A DNA stretch of 35,091 nucleotides from a virus (Duplodnaviria; Caudoviricetes), in the IMG/VR virus record IMGVR_UViG_3300038365_000149, positions 1 through 35,091 of that record; one strand, written 5' to 3'. A model generated the notes under the pieces. The model did no database searches, was not told the DNA's origin, and worked only from the letters and a program-made list of their open reading frames with translations. Positions within the stretch are counted from its first letter, which is position 1, and each line of letters starts with the position of its first letter. Positions 8,313-16,960 of the stretch are shown here, in pieces. A program made the position numbers and the translations under genes.

Positions 8313-9278
8313 ATGTCAGTGGGATCGGGTGCACTAGAACAACACGGCGATGAAGCGAGATGCTACGCCGAGCCGTATGAGCCGGGGGACGCCCAGCGAG
8401 TGCTGGATGTGATCGAGGAGTACAAGGAGGACGGGGCCAGCGCCATCACCATCGCCAAGCGCACGTTCATCCGAGAGGCCGTGGTCTGGCAGATCCTCAA
8501 GGACCTCCAGGCCCGGGGCAAGGTGCGCGCTCCCTTCCGCGCCGGAATCGTCCTGTTCTACCCGCCGCTGGACAGCTACGACAAGAGCATCAGTGAGACC
8601 GTCAGCGCTGAGCAGGACCGGAGCGAGAAGCCCGTAGTGCTGGAGTCTCCCACCCGCCACAAGTGCCTCGTGACATGGTGCGAGCACATGATCGACAAGA
8701 AGCGGGACAACATGCGGAGGCACCTCATGCGAACGCACGACATCCCAGAGGACGTCGCTCAGCACGCGCAGGACCTGCTCCGCGAGGGCAAGCGCATAGA
8801 TCTCGACGCTCCCAGGCACAAGTGCCAGTTCTGCGGACAGCCCTTCGATCTCAGGTGCGGCGTACCGAAGCACGAGCAATTCTGTCACAAGAACCCGGAC
8901 CGCCAGGCAAACATCGATAAGAGACGCAAGCGCAAGTACGGCCCGAACGCCATTCTCGGAGAACTTACGAAGGAAGCGTTCGAGCAACGCGACAAGAAAG
9001 GCGTCACCTGCCCCTTGTGCGGCGCCACCTCCACCGGCCAGGGATGCTATCAGCGCATTCTCAAGCACATCAGGCTCAAACACGAGAAGAGCGCCGAGGA
9101 AGCGAGGGACGTTCTCAGGACCATGACATGGAGCGAGGAGGCGGCGGACGTCGAGGAGAGCGCAGCAGAAGTGTTCCAACCGAAGCTCATCGTGCAGCTC
9201 GCCCCGGACAGAGAGGTGCAGTTCCCGCTGGGCGACGAGCTCTACAAGGTGTTCTCTCGCTACGAGAGGTCAGGCTGA
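8313..9278 (+). CDS. Winged-helix plus three C2H2/C2HC zinc-finger protein (putative transcription regulator)
   Basis: N-terminal wHTH (SAITIAKRTFIREAVVWQILKDLQARGKV); fingers CLVTWC..RRHLMRTH, CQFC..KHEQFCH and CPLC..LKHIRLKH. Confidence 0.8.
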   Translation: MSVGSGALEQHGDEARCYAEPYEPGDAQRVLDVIEEYKEDGASAITIAKRTFIREAVVWQILKDLQARGKVRAPFRAGIVLFYPPLDSYDKSISETVSAEQDRSEKPVVLESPTRHKCLVTWCEHMIDKKRDNMRRHLMRTHDIPEDVAQHAQDLLREGKRIDLDAPRHKCQFCGQPFDLRCGVPKHEQFCHKNPDRQANIDKRRKRKYGPNAILGELTKEAFEQRDKKGVTCPLCGATSTGQGCYQRILKHIRLKHEKSAEEARDVLRTMTWSEEAADVEESAAEVFQPKLIVQLAPDREVQFPLGDELYKVFSRYERSG

Positions 9279-9280
9279 GC

Positions 9281-9766
9281 ATGGCCGCCAAGCGGGGAGG
9301 TAAGAGGCCGACAGGCTCATCGATCTCTCCTGAGGTGGGGGCGCAGATCCTGCGGGAGTACAATACAGAGACGCCGCGACCGTCGGCCGCGTCGCTCGCG
9401 TCGCGTCATGGCCTCCACGCCCGCGCCGTCCAGCGCTACCTAAAAAAACACAATGACGCGGTGTCGCATCTGACCGATAAGGCCGTCAAGGCCGAGCTAG
9501 TGGTGGCAGCCATCCCCCAGGCCGTGGCCGAGGTCAAGGCCCTGACGCGCGACCTGCCGATCACGTCGCTGTGCAAAGTCATGCAGGAGGCGGAGGAGCA
9601 GTACAACAAATGGAAGAACAAAGACCCCCAGCTGGCCGGCGGCTATCTTGACCAGATGCGCAAGTGCGCGGTGGAGATGGCAAAGTGGCTAGGCATCGAC
9701 AAGGGCATCGTTGGCCAGGAGAAGGAGATACGCATCACCGTGGACTGGGGTGACAATGAGCACTAG
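9281..9766 (+). CDS. terS: Terminase small subunit (putative)
   Basis: N-terminal HTH (SAASLASRHGLHARAVQRYL), helical core and C-terminal beta strand EIRITVDW; overlaps the terL start. Confidence 0.7.
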   Translation: MAAKRGGKRPTGSSISPEVGAQILREYNTETPRPSAASLASRHGLHARAVQRYLKKHNDAVSHLTDKAVKAELVVAAIPQAVAEVKALTRDLPITSLCKVMQEAEEQYNKWKNKDPQLAGGYLDQMRKCAVEMAKWLGIDKGIVGQEKEIRITVDWGDNEH

Positions 9767-10994
9767 CGACGTACACATGCTCCCGGCGTTCCGGCCAGTG
9801 TTGCGCAGCAAGGCAAACGAGAAGGTCATGTACGGTGGAAGCGGCTCGGGCAAGACGTACCAAGTGCAGCAGTACGCCCTGCTCAGAGGGATGGAGGAGC
9901 CGGACGCCCAGACGCTCATCGTCATGGAGACCATTCCTGCCGTCCTGACTGGCATGTTCTGGCCGATGAGCAGGATGCTGGACGACTGGCAGGTCCCGCA
10001 CGAGGACCGCGCCACCGTGCCGATCTACATCAAGCTTCCCAACGGCCACCAGCTCTTCTTCACCGGCGCTGACAAAGTGGAGAAGTTCAAGTATTTCACC
10101 AACCCCAAGCGCGTCATCTGCGAGGAGGCCACCGCCCTCAAGGCCGAGGACGCCGATATGCTGGACAATAGAATGGGCCGCACGTTCCGTGATGCCGAGT
10201 TCATTTACATGTTCAACCCCATCGACGCCCACCACTGGATCGTCAAGCGGTACGTCGAACCGCACCTGGCTGGGAAAGTTCCCGAGGGCGTGTTCGTCCA
10301 CCACTCCACGTACAGGGACAACAAGCACCTATCGCAAGAGTGGATCGCCAAGCAGGAGCGTCGTATCTCTACCGATCCGAATTACTATCGCGTGTACGTG
10401 CTTGGCCTCCCCGGCCACCTGGAAGGACTGATCTACAAGGAGGGTGCCAACTGGCAACACATCCCTTACGACTCGTTTCCCGAAGCCGTCAGGTGCTCTC
10501 CGCCTCGTTCGCTGGGGCTGGACTTCGGCTTCAACGACCCCACGTCGCTGGTGGGGCAATGGGAGGGCGACGTGCGGCATCTGCATCAGTTCTTCTACGC
10601 TTCCAGCATGACCCAAGATGATCTGGTCCGCTTCCTCGAAGGCCTGTACGCCGAGAAGGGGTGGCCGCGCTCCCTCCCGCTTTACTGTGACAGCGCCGAG
10701 CCGGCACGCATCGAGGACCTGCGCCGCCGGGGCTTCGCGGCCAATCCGGCGCACAAGGACGTGCGCTTCGGCATCGACGCCATGAAGCAAACGCCGTTCG
10801 TGGTATCGGACGAATCCCTGGACCTTATCCGTGAGCTGCGGTCGTACTGCTGGCAGGAGAAGGGGGGGCAGGTGGTCGACAAGCCGGTGGAAGGGAACGA
10901 CCACGCCCTGGACGCGGTCAGGTATGCGGTGGCCAGCGTGCTGTACGTGAGCGAGATGCCGGAGAAGCCAGCACAGTTCAATGATTTCTGGTAA
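9756..10994 (+). CDS. terL: Terminase large subunit (PBSX-like)
   Basis: Walker A YGGSGSGKT, Walker B VICEEA, FNP coupling motif, HSTYRDN, nuclease GLDFGFNDP, DSAEP and NDHALDAVRYA. Confidence 0.96.
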   Translation: MSTSDVHMLPAFRPVLRSKANEKVMYGGSGSGKTYQVQQYALLRGMEEPDAQTLIVMETIPAVLTGMFWPMSRMLDDWQVPHEDRATVPIYIKLPNGHQLFFTGADKVEKFKYFTNPKRVICEEATALKAEDADMLDNRMGRTFRDAEFIYMFNPIDAHHWIVKRYVEPHLAGKVPEGVFVHHSTYRDNKHLSQEWIAKQERRISTDPNYYRVYVLGLPGHLEGLIYKEGANWQHIPYDSFPEAVRCSPPRSLGLDFGFNDPTSLVGQWEGDVRHLHQFFYASSMTQDDLVRFLEGLYAEKGWPRSLPLYCDSAEPARIEDLRRRGFAANPAHKDVRFGIDAMKQTPFVVSDESLDLIRELRSYCWQEKGGQVVDKPVEGNDHALDAVRYAVASVLYVSEMPEKPAQFNDFW

Positions 10995-11059
10995 GTGAAA
11001 ATGGCGCTATTCGTAGGTTCCAAAAGAGCAAACGTGACAAGGATGGGGGAAAACGTAGA

Positions 11060-11470
11060 ATGAGGCACAACTACCGGAAGGAGTTGGACAAGGAGTGGGA
11101 GCGGGCGCCTTTCGCCCGGAGAATAGACGTGAACGCGATGTACGACCTGCTGCAGAAGGCGAGGCGGCAGGACGCAGTGGAGAGCATCGAGCGGGAGAGG
11201 CGAAAGCGGAAGCAGCACCACATCTACGACGATCTCCCGGACCATCGCTACCGCCCGCAGGCCGGCCGGCAGGACATCACCATGATACCGACCGACCAGC
11301 CGCTGGAACAGCTCGTGCTGGACCAACTGGGCGTGGCCAAGGAATATGGGAAGCCGTGGATTTGCCCAAAATGTCACGTCAAATTCCAAATGGCCTTCCC
11401 CCCGCCCATCTGCCCGGTGTGTAGGAACCCGAGCTTCATCGAGACCGGCGAGCTCAGCCTGAGGAGGTGA
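11060..11470 (+). CDS. Hypothetical protein with C-terminal zinc ribbon
   Basis: WICPKCHVKF...PICPVCRNP. Confidence 0.7.
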   Translation: MRHNYRKELDKEWERAPFARRIDVNAMYDLLQKARRQDAVESIERERRKRKQHHIYDDLPDHRYRPQAGRQDITMIPTDQPLEQLVLDQLGVAKEYGKPWICPKCHVKFQMAFPPPICPVCRNPSFIETGELSLRR

Positions 11471-11775
11471 TCGCAACGACCAAGCGTGCCACCTATGGTT
11501 CGTTCCGCGATGATGACTGCCTCGCCCTGCTGTCCTATGTCGCAGAGCATCGTGAGATCATGACGCTCTCGGAGCTGGCAGAGGGCGTCGGCATCCCCCG
11601 GACCACGCTGAACCTGATCTTAATGGATGGCATGTCCAGGAGCGGCCGCCTTGCCGCCGTGGCCGAGCGGTACCGCTTCGAGTACGTCGTCCACCGGGAG
11701 GCGCTGACATATCCAAGGAGGGGGCCGAGGCAGCGGGTGAGAATCATCGAGGTCGTGAGGAGAGGGTACGAATGA
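11467..11775 (+). CDS. HTH DNA-binding protein
   Basis: MTLSELAEGVGIPRTTLNLIL; GAGGAGG upstream. Confidence 0.7.
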   Translation: MIATTKRATYGSFRDDDCLALLSYVAEHREIMTLSELAEGVGIPRTTLNLILMDGMSRSGRLAAVAERYRFEYVVHREALTYPRRGPRQRVRIIEVVRRGYE

Positions 11776-11900
11776 ACGACGAAAAGCAAGAGATGATAAG
11801 ATGCCCGGTGTGCGGTCGCCAGACCCCAGCACCGGCGGACCGGAGCGATTGCCAGTGCCGGGCGTGCGATGCTCCGCTGAGATGGAGGGGGCCGAAGTGA
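11772..11900 (+). CDS. 42-aa zinc-ribbon protein (absent from ORF track)
   Basis: ATGA overlap; MNDEKQEMIRCPVCGRQTPAPADRSDCQCRACDAPLRW. Confidence 0.65.
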   Translation: MNDEKQEMIRCPVCGRQTPAPADRSDCQCRACDAPLRWRGPK

Positions 11901-12172
11901 AGCATCGCTGCGCCATGTGCGGCGACGAGGCCGAGCAGCTGATCCTCTACGACGGGTTCCTGTTCTGCGGCCGAGAGTGCATCCGCGCCTACGACCGCGC
12001 CGAGCCGGAGCGCAGGATGCTGGTGCACTTCTACGACGGCGACGTGCGCTACGTCGGCGAGGACGGGATCGACGTCGACTTCGCCCTGATAGATGGCACG
12101 TCGCCTCAGACCCCGCAGGCGGGGGAGACCTGGGAGATAACGATGCGGCGGATCTGCGGTGACGTTAAATAA
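11897..12172 (+). CDS. TRASH/FCS-like zinc-finger protein
   Basis: GTGA overlap, GGAGG SD; CAMC...FLFCGREC. Confidence 0.65.
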   Translation: MKHRCAMCGDEAEQLILYDGFLFCGRECIRAYDRAEPERRMLVHFYDGDVRYVGEDGIDVDFALIDGTSPQTPQAGETWEITMRRICGDVK

Positions 12173-12183
12173 TTGCCACTTTT
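12157..12183 (+). promoter_or_regulatory. 27-bp late-promoter repeat, copy 1
   Basis: CGGTGACGTTAAATAATTGCCACTTTT; TTAAATA starts 27 nt before the portal ATG. Confidence 0.8.
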
Positions 12184-12191
12184 GATTCCTG

Positions 12192-14405
12192 ATGTCACTG
12201 CGGACCAGGCTCGGTAACTTCCTCCTAGGCAACAAGGCGGCCGCCGACACCGCCGACACATATCGTCCGGGCCTCTCGCCCATCGACATGCTCAACTTCG
12301 GCCTGGTCCAGCCGTACATCTTCCAGGCGTACGTCTACCACGAGAACTGCTCGATCCTGTGCGACATCGACATCACGCTTACCCAGGAGACGTTCCGCAA
12401 TGGCATCGGCATCGAGCCACGATTTGTTCTCAGGTGCCGACAGTGCGGGCACGAGCTCCAGGAGACGGCCGATCAGTGCCCCTCCTGCTCATCCGACCAG
12501 CTGGACGAGCCGCTGTGGGCGCAGCAGAGGTTCTTCGAGCACCTGGACGGGACGTCGTTCCTCGACCGGGCCAACTACTCCGGGCAGACGCTGCAAGAGG
12601 TCTGCGAGAACGCGGCGCATCATCTGCACGTGGCGGACAACGGCTACCTGCTGGCCGTCAAGACCTACATGTTCAGCGCCGACGGCTCGGTGAAGGAGTC
12701 ATTCGTCAAGGAGATCATATCGCTCGACCCGCGCTGGGTGGAGAAGGTGTTCGACAAGCGCGGCGTGCCCGGCGGCCGGCATCGCCTGTGCCTCGCGCAC
12801 CGCGACGCGCTGCTCGGCCCGGAGGACTATCGCTGCCCCGAGTGCGGCCGACCGACGCACGACGTGACGTTCAAGGTCGTCACCTCCAACAACGGCGTCG
12901 CCTACTATGTCGACGATGAGATCGTCCACCTGACCGCGTTCTACCCGCACCCGCTGTACGGCACCCCTCCGTGCTACAAGATCCTGCACGAGGTGCAGGC
13001 GTACATGTACATCACCGGGAGGGTGGCCAATTATTACAAGAAGGGCCGCGCGCCCGGTGTCATCGCCGTTCGGACCAACAATCCCAAGGCCATAGACGAG
13101 ACGATCAAGAAGGTCAACCTCCAGCTGGAGAAGGATCCCCATGCCGCCCCCTACTTCCCGGTCGACAACCTCCAGGGCAGCGGGGAGTTCATGAAGTGGG
13201 TGCCGTTCATGCAGGACCCCTGCCCCGACATGATGGCCGTCAAGGACGAGGTCCGTCGGGCCATCTGCGCGTTCTTCGGAATCCCGCCGATGGTGGAGTC
13301 GGACACATCGGCCAGCGGCGGCCTCAACGACGAAGGGCATCAGATCACGCTGCTCAACCGCCGCACGCAGAGAGAGCAAGCCCCGTTCAACAACCGGGCG
13401 TTCCCTTGGATGTTCAAGCAGTTCGGCATCACTGACCTTAAGCTGGTGCTCAACAAGTCGGAGAAGGCCGACGAGAAGGCGGACATGGAGCTGCGGCTGC
13501 TTGAGGACCAGCACGCCCAGAACCTCATGAACATGGGCTACGACGTCTGGATCGAGGGTGGGAAGTACAAGCACTCCGACCGGCCGACCGAGAAGCGGCC
13601 GCCGGTGTTCCTGCCGTCCGGGCAGGCGGACGGTACATCGTTACCAGCAACTCAGGGCACGCCCCGCCCGGAGTCGGGAGTGCCGGGCAACAAGGGAGAG
13701 CGATGTCCGAACGGACAGCATTCTCATGGTGATTATGGCGGCGGGCGTTGCCATCCAGAGGAACAGCACCACCGAGACGGCGAGCGACATGAGGAGAGCG
13801 AGCGGCGAGGGCCGCGGCAAGGCTCATACGCGGAAGCGTCGGAAGAGCGGCGGACGGCGTCTATCAAGAGCATCAAGGCCAAAGGGGTCAAGGTGGAGAA
13901 CGCAGAAGGTGCTCATCACAAGGTGCTGGAATACGTAGACTCTGGCCTAGACGAAGCAGTACGACATGAAACGCCATTGCCCGGTCGTATGAAGCTCGAT
14001 CGTAGCTACGCCGAGAAGAGGCGAAACGTGCTCGGGCTGCCGATGGCCTACGACCCTGAGGGTGACGTCCTTCTCATCAACCCGGATTCCATCTTCCTGC
14101 AGGCCGGCACGATAAACCTCCGAGGTAGCATCGATACATTGTTCCGCAAGGGAGAGTCCTCGACCGGAAGCCCTCTTCACATCATCAGGCACGAGCTCGG
14201 CCATGTGGCAAATGTCAAGGCTGGGAGATCACCCGGTAAGGAGTTCGGCGATGAAGGGCATAGGAAGCTGGCGGCGACCGTCAGTAAGAGAGCGGCGGAA
14301 GACCCTGCAGAGTTCGTGGCCGAGGTCTTCGCCGGCCGCCTAGCCGGGAACCAATACACTGATGAGGTCATGCGGCTATACGCTCACTACTTCGGAGGGA
14401 AGTGA
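12192..14405 (+). CDS. Portal protein with zinc-ribbon insertions and a C-terminal zincin-like metallopeptidase domain
   Basis: Position after terL; portal motifs (HLHVADNGYL, DDEIVHL..YGTPP, ICAFFGIPP, GGLNDEGHQI); C-terminal HELGH plus EFVAEVF. Confidence 0.85.
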   Translation: MSLRTRLGNFLLGNKAAADTADTYRPGLSPIDMLNFGLVQPYIFQAYVYHENCSILCDIDITLTQETFRNGIGIEPRFVLRCRQCGHELQETADQCPSCSSDQLDEPLWAQQRFFEHLDGTSFLDRANYSGQTLQEVCENAAHHLHVADNGYLLAVKTYMFSADGSVKESFVKEIISLDPRWVEKVFDKRGVPGGRHRLCLAHRDALLGPEDYRCPECGRPTHDVTFKVVTSNNGVAYYVDDEIVHLTAFYPHPLYGTPPCYKILHEVQAYMYITGRVANYYKKGRAPGVIAVRTNNPKAIDETIKKVNLQLEKDPHAAPYFPVDNLQGSGEFMKWVPFMQDPCPDMMAVKDEVRRAICAFFGIPPMVESDTSASGGLNDEGHQITLLNRRTQREQAPFNNRAFPWMFKQFGITDLKLVLNKSEKADEKADMELRLLEDQHAQNLMNMGYDVWIEGGKYKHSDRPTEKRPPVFLPSGQADGTSLPATQGTPRPESGVPGNKGERCPNGQHSHGDYGGGRCHPEEQHHRDGERHEESERRGPRQGSYAEASEERRTASIKSIKAKGVKVENAEGAHHKVLEYVDSGLDEAVRHETPLPGRMKLDRSYAEKRRNVLGLPMAYDPEGDVLLINPDSIFLQAGTINLRGSIDTLFRKGESSTGSPLHIIRHELGHVANVKAGRSPGKEFGDEGHRKLAATVSKRAAEDPAEFVAEVFAGRLAGNQYTDEVMRLYAHYFGGK

Positions 14406-15229
14406 TGACGTTCGACCTATCCCTATGCCTTCTCTGCAAGCGGCTCATCCCAGAGCCTGGGAAAGGCTGCGAAGCATTTCCAGAGAGGATCCCTGACGAC
14501 ATCTGGGAGAACAGAGTATATCATGTGCTGTCGTTCCCCGGCGACAATGGCCTGATGTTCTCCCCGGTGAATGAGTACATCGATATTCAGAGAATCATCG
14601 ACGCAGAGCGGGAGAGAAGGGCTGAGAGCGATGCATCTGACAAGTCCGCGCCGTTCGAAGAGGTCCGATACACCGGCAACGAGGACGTCGATGCGGTGCT
14701 GTTCGCCGAGGTCATGGTGAATAAGGCCCTCACTCGCGACAGGGCGAAGGAGATACTGGACGCGCTGCTCCGCGTCACCGTTCCCGACTCGTTCCTGGCA
14801 CTGTCGCCGTCTCAAGCGAGGATCGCCATGGAGAAGCTGGTGGACGCCATGACCCAGGCCGGCGGCTGGTCCGTTTCCGGCGTGGTCGACGCGCTTAGGA
14901 AGGCGTTCCCCTCGGTGGACGACTTCCAGCTCCGCCGCATCGTACGCACCGAGAGCGCCCGCATCGCCACCAGGGCGCACGAGATCGAGGCTGTAGAGAA
15001 CGACCCCCCGACCGCTCGTTACGCATGGCGCGGGCCGCGGGACTGGAGGACATGCAGGATACATCAGGCGATCATCGAGAGGCAGCCTCAGGAGGGTCTA
15101 TCGTTGGAACGGCTCAAAACCCACGTGGCCCAGGTGGCGGCGGAGTTCGGCATCAAGGTCCAAGACGATTGGATCGTGCACCCGAACCAGCGCGGCAGTT
15201 TCACGCGAGTATTCTCGCTCGAACGGTGA
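14405..15229 (+). CDS. MuF (gpF-like) head morphogenesis protein with an N-terminal CxxC-CxAFP domain
   Basis: C-terminal RRIVRTESARI...YAWRGPRDWRTCRIH...HPNQRGSF is a MuF signature; N-terminal CLLCK...CEAFPERIPDDIW...H...GDNGLMF. Confidence 0.8.
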   Translation: MTFDLSLCLLCKRLIPEPGKGCEAFPERIPDDIWENRVYHVLSFPGDNGLMFSPVNEYIDIQRIIDAERERRAESDASDKSAPFEEVRYTGNEDVDAVLFAEVMVNKALTRDRAKEILDALLRVTVPDSFLALSPSQARIAMEKLVDAMTQAGGWSVSGVVDALRKAFPSVDDFQLRRIVRTESARIATRAHEIEAVENDPPTARYAWRGPRDWRTCRIHQAIIERQPQEGLSLERLKTHVAQVAAEFGIKVQDDWIVHPNQRGSFTRVFSLER

Positions 15230-15250
15230 CGTTAAATAATTGCCACTTTT
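15224..15250 (+). promoter_or_regulatory. 27-bp late-promoter repeat, copy 2
   Basis: Identical to 12157-12183; TTAAATA starts 27 nt before ATG 15259. Confidence 0.8.
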
Positions 15251-15258
15251 AGTTCGTG

Positions 15259-15741
15259 ATGGCACGCGACGTTGAGGCAGAGTTCGAGGACTCCGCAGCG
15301 TATCGCCGCGTGAAGCAGCTCCTTGAAGGCGGCGAGGAGTGGAGCGTCGAGTGCCGGACCATCTATTCTGAGTTCATCGAGTTCGGTGCCGGCCCGGCCG
15401 CAGGGCATGCTCGGTTCATGCCGCCGCTGAAGCCGATCCTCGAATGGACGCAACGCAAACTGGGGCTCAAGGGTGAGCAGGCCAAACGGGCCGCCGAAGG
15501 CATCCGCTGGGCCATCTATCGCTCCGGCACTAGGCCCCAACCGTTCGCCCGGCCGGCGATCCAGGACCTCAAGGCGGTCATCGGCGAGGTGGTCGGTGAT
15601 GCGCTGGAGTCCGGCGAGGACCCCATGCACGCGGTCATGGACTTCATCCGCTCCCAGATGCGGCACCATATCGACCAGAACGGCACGAACGACGAGGGCA
15701 CTCTGGCGCGCGAGATGCACATCGTGCAGGGAGGCTTGTAA
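15259..15741 (+). CDS. HK97 gp10-like virion morphogenesis protein
   Basis: YSEFIEFGAG, MPP..PI..W..RK and GTRPQPFARPA motifs. Confidence 0.7.
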   Translation: MARDVEAEFEDSAAYRRVKQLLEGGEEWSVECRTIYSEFIEFGAGPAAGHARFMPPLKPILEWTQRKLGLKGEQAKRAAEGIRWAIYRSGTRPQPFARPAIQDLKAVIGEVVGDALESGEDPMHAVMDFIRSQMRHHIDQNGTNDEGTLAREMHIVQGGL

Positions 15742-16958
15742 TGGTCTACTCATCCCTAGGTGAGCTGCCCCCGCAAGTGCGCGGCGCGCTGGACCCCGAG
15801 GACCAGCAGGTATGGCTCATCGCGTACAATCAGGCCGTGATCGAGACCAAGGACCCCCGCGAGGCGTTCCGCGTGGCATGGCATGCCGCCGCCAAGGGCG
15901 AGAACGTCCGCGCCGTGAGCGGCGTCGTCAACCGCGACGTGGTCGACAACGGCGGAGAGCGGGTCAACCAGGACGCGCTGGCCGAGGCCATCAACGACGC
16001 CATCTGGAACAGCGGCGCGACCTACAACGACGTGCACAGCAACCACCCCTTCGGGGACTGGTTCGACGCCCAGGTGGAGATGGGGCCGGACGGAATCAAG
16101 CAGACCCGCATCTACGGCGCGTGCCGGAAGGGCCAGCCCTTCTATGACGCATGCTGGGAGGAGTACATCCTGGGCGGCTCCAAGACGGAGCTGAGCATCG
16201 GGATCATGAAGATCGATCCATACACCAAGTGCGAGGCCGGCCGATGCTGGAAGCAGGTCGACGGGCTCCAGGTGTTCGAGGCCTCGGCGGTTCCCAGGGG
16301 CCTGTGCCCCGGCAGCCGCCTGGATCGCATCAACTTCTCCGCCAAATCTGACACTGATGAGAGATCGCCCGTGAGGGCAGGAGACGAGGAAATGACCGAA
16401 GACGCGACCAAGACGGCCGCGCCCCCCATGGCCGACAAGGAGGAGCCGAAAGGCGAGCCCGAGACGGCTGCCCCCGAAACCGGGAGCACGGGGGCGCTGG
16501 AGGAGGGAGTGCAGAAGCTCATGGGAATGCTGGCGGAGATCAACGCCCGCCTGGACCGGATGGAGGCCAGTATGGCCGCCCTGAGACCAGCCCCCGTCGA
16601 TTCCGATGAGAAGGCGGAGGACGAAGCGCAGGAAGCTCCCCCGGAAGAGGCCCCTGAGAACAAGGAGGACGAGGGGGAGCCGAAACAGGAGGCGGGGGAC
16701 AAGTGCGGCTGCTCCAAACAGGCCAGCAACAAGGCCGCCGATCTCGTAGCCGCCAACAAGGCCGCGAGAAAGGAGGCGGAGCAGCGCGGGACGTCCGCGC
16801 AGCGCCCCGAGGCGCCGCTCGACGGCAATCCGGCCAAGACCCAGAAGGTCAAGGCCGAGAGCATGGAGGACAGAATGAGACGCTACGCCGGCATGTCCGC
16901 GGCGGAGCTGGAGGCGGAGGGAAATCAGATCACCTCGGCGATGAACAGGACGGTGTAA
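15741..16958 (+). CDS. ChaB domain + HK97-type prohead protease + scaffold region
   Basis: N-terminal YSSLGELPPQVRGAL..QQVWLIAYN..AFRVAWHAA (ChaB); VDNGGERV, DVH, LSIG and EASAV (protease); acidic coiled-coil C-terminus. Confidence 0.85.
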   Translation: MVYSSLGELPPQVRGALDPEDQQVWLIAYNQAVIETKDPREAFRVAWHAAAKGENVRAVSGVVNRDVVDNGGERVNQDALAEAINDAIWNSGATYNDVHSNHPFGDWFDAQVEMGPDGIKQTRIYGACRKGQPFYDACWEEYILGGSKTELSIGIMKIDPYTKCEAGRCWKQVDGLQVFEASAVPRGLCPGSRLDRINFSAKSDTDERSPVRAGDEEMTEDATKTAAPPMADKEEPKGEPETAAPETGSTGALEEGVQKLMGMLAEINARLDRMEASMAALRPAPVDSDEKAEDEAQEAPPEEAPENKEDEGEPKQEAGDKCGCSKQASNKAADLVAANKAARKEAEQRGTSAQRPEAPLDGNPAKTQKVKAESMEDRMRRYAGMSAAELEAEGNQITSAMNRTV

Positions 16959-16960
16959 AG

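Noticed and set aside
9764-9766. Pyrrolysine read-through of viral amber codons
   Set aside because: Sequence beyond each TAG is a short tail or an out-of-frame overlap with the next gene; no split domain is restored.
12157-12183. Xer/dif recombination site
   Set aside because: Lacks the 11-6-11 inverted-arm layout; the fixed 27-nt spacing to an ATG in both copies favours a promoter.
16703-16960. N-terminal extension of the MCP ORF (and similar extensions at 1235, 3003, 9017, 9711, 31509)
   Set aside because: Out-of-frame overlap with upstream genes or non-coding repeats; better starts lie next to the upstream stop codon or an SD.
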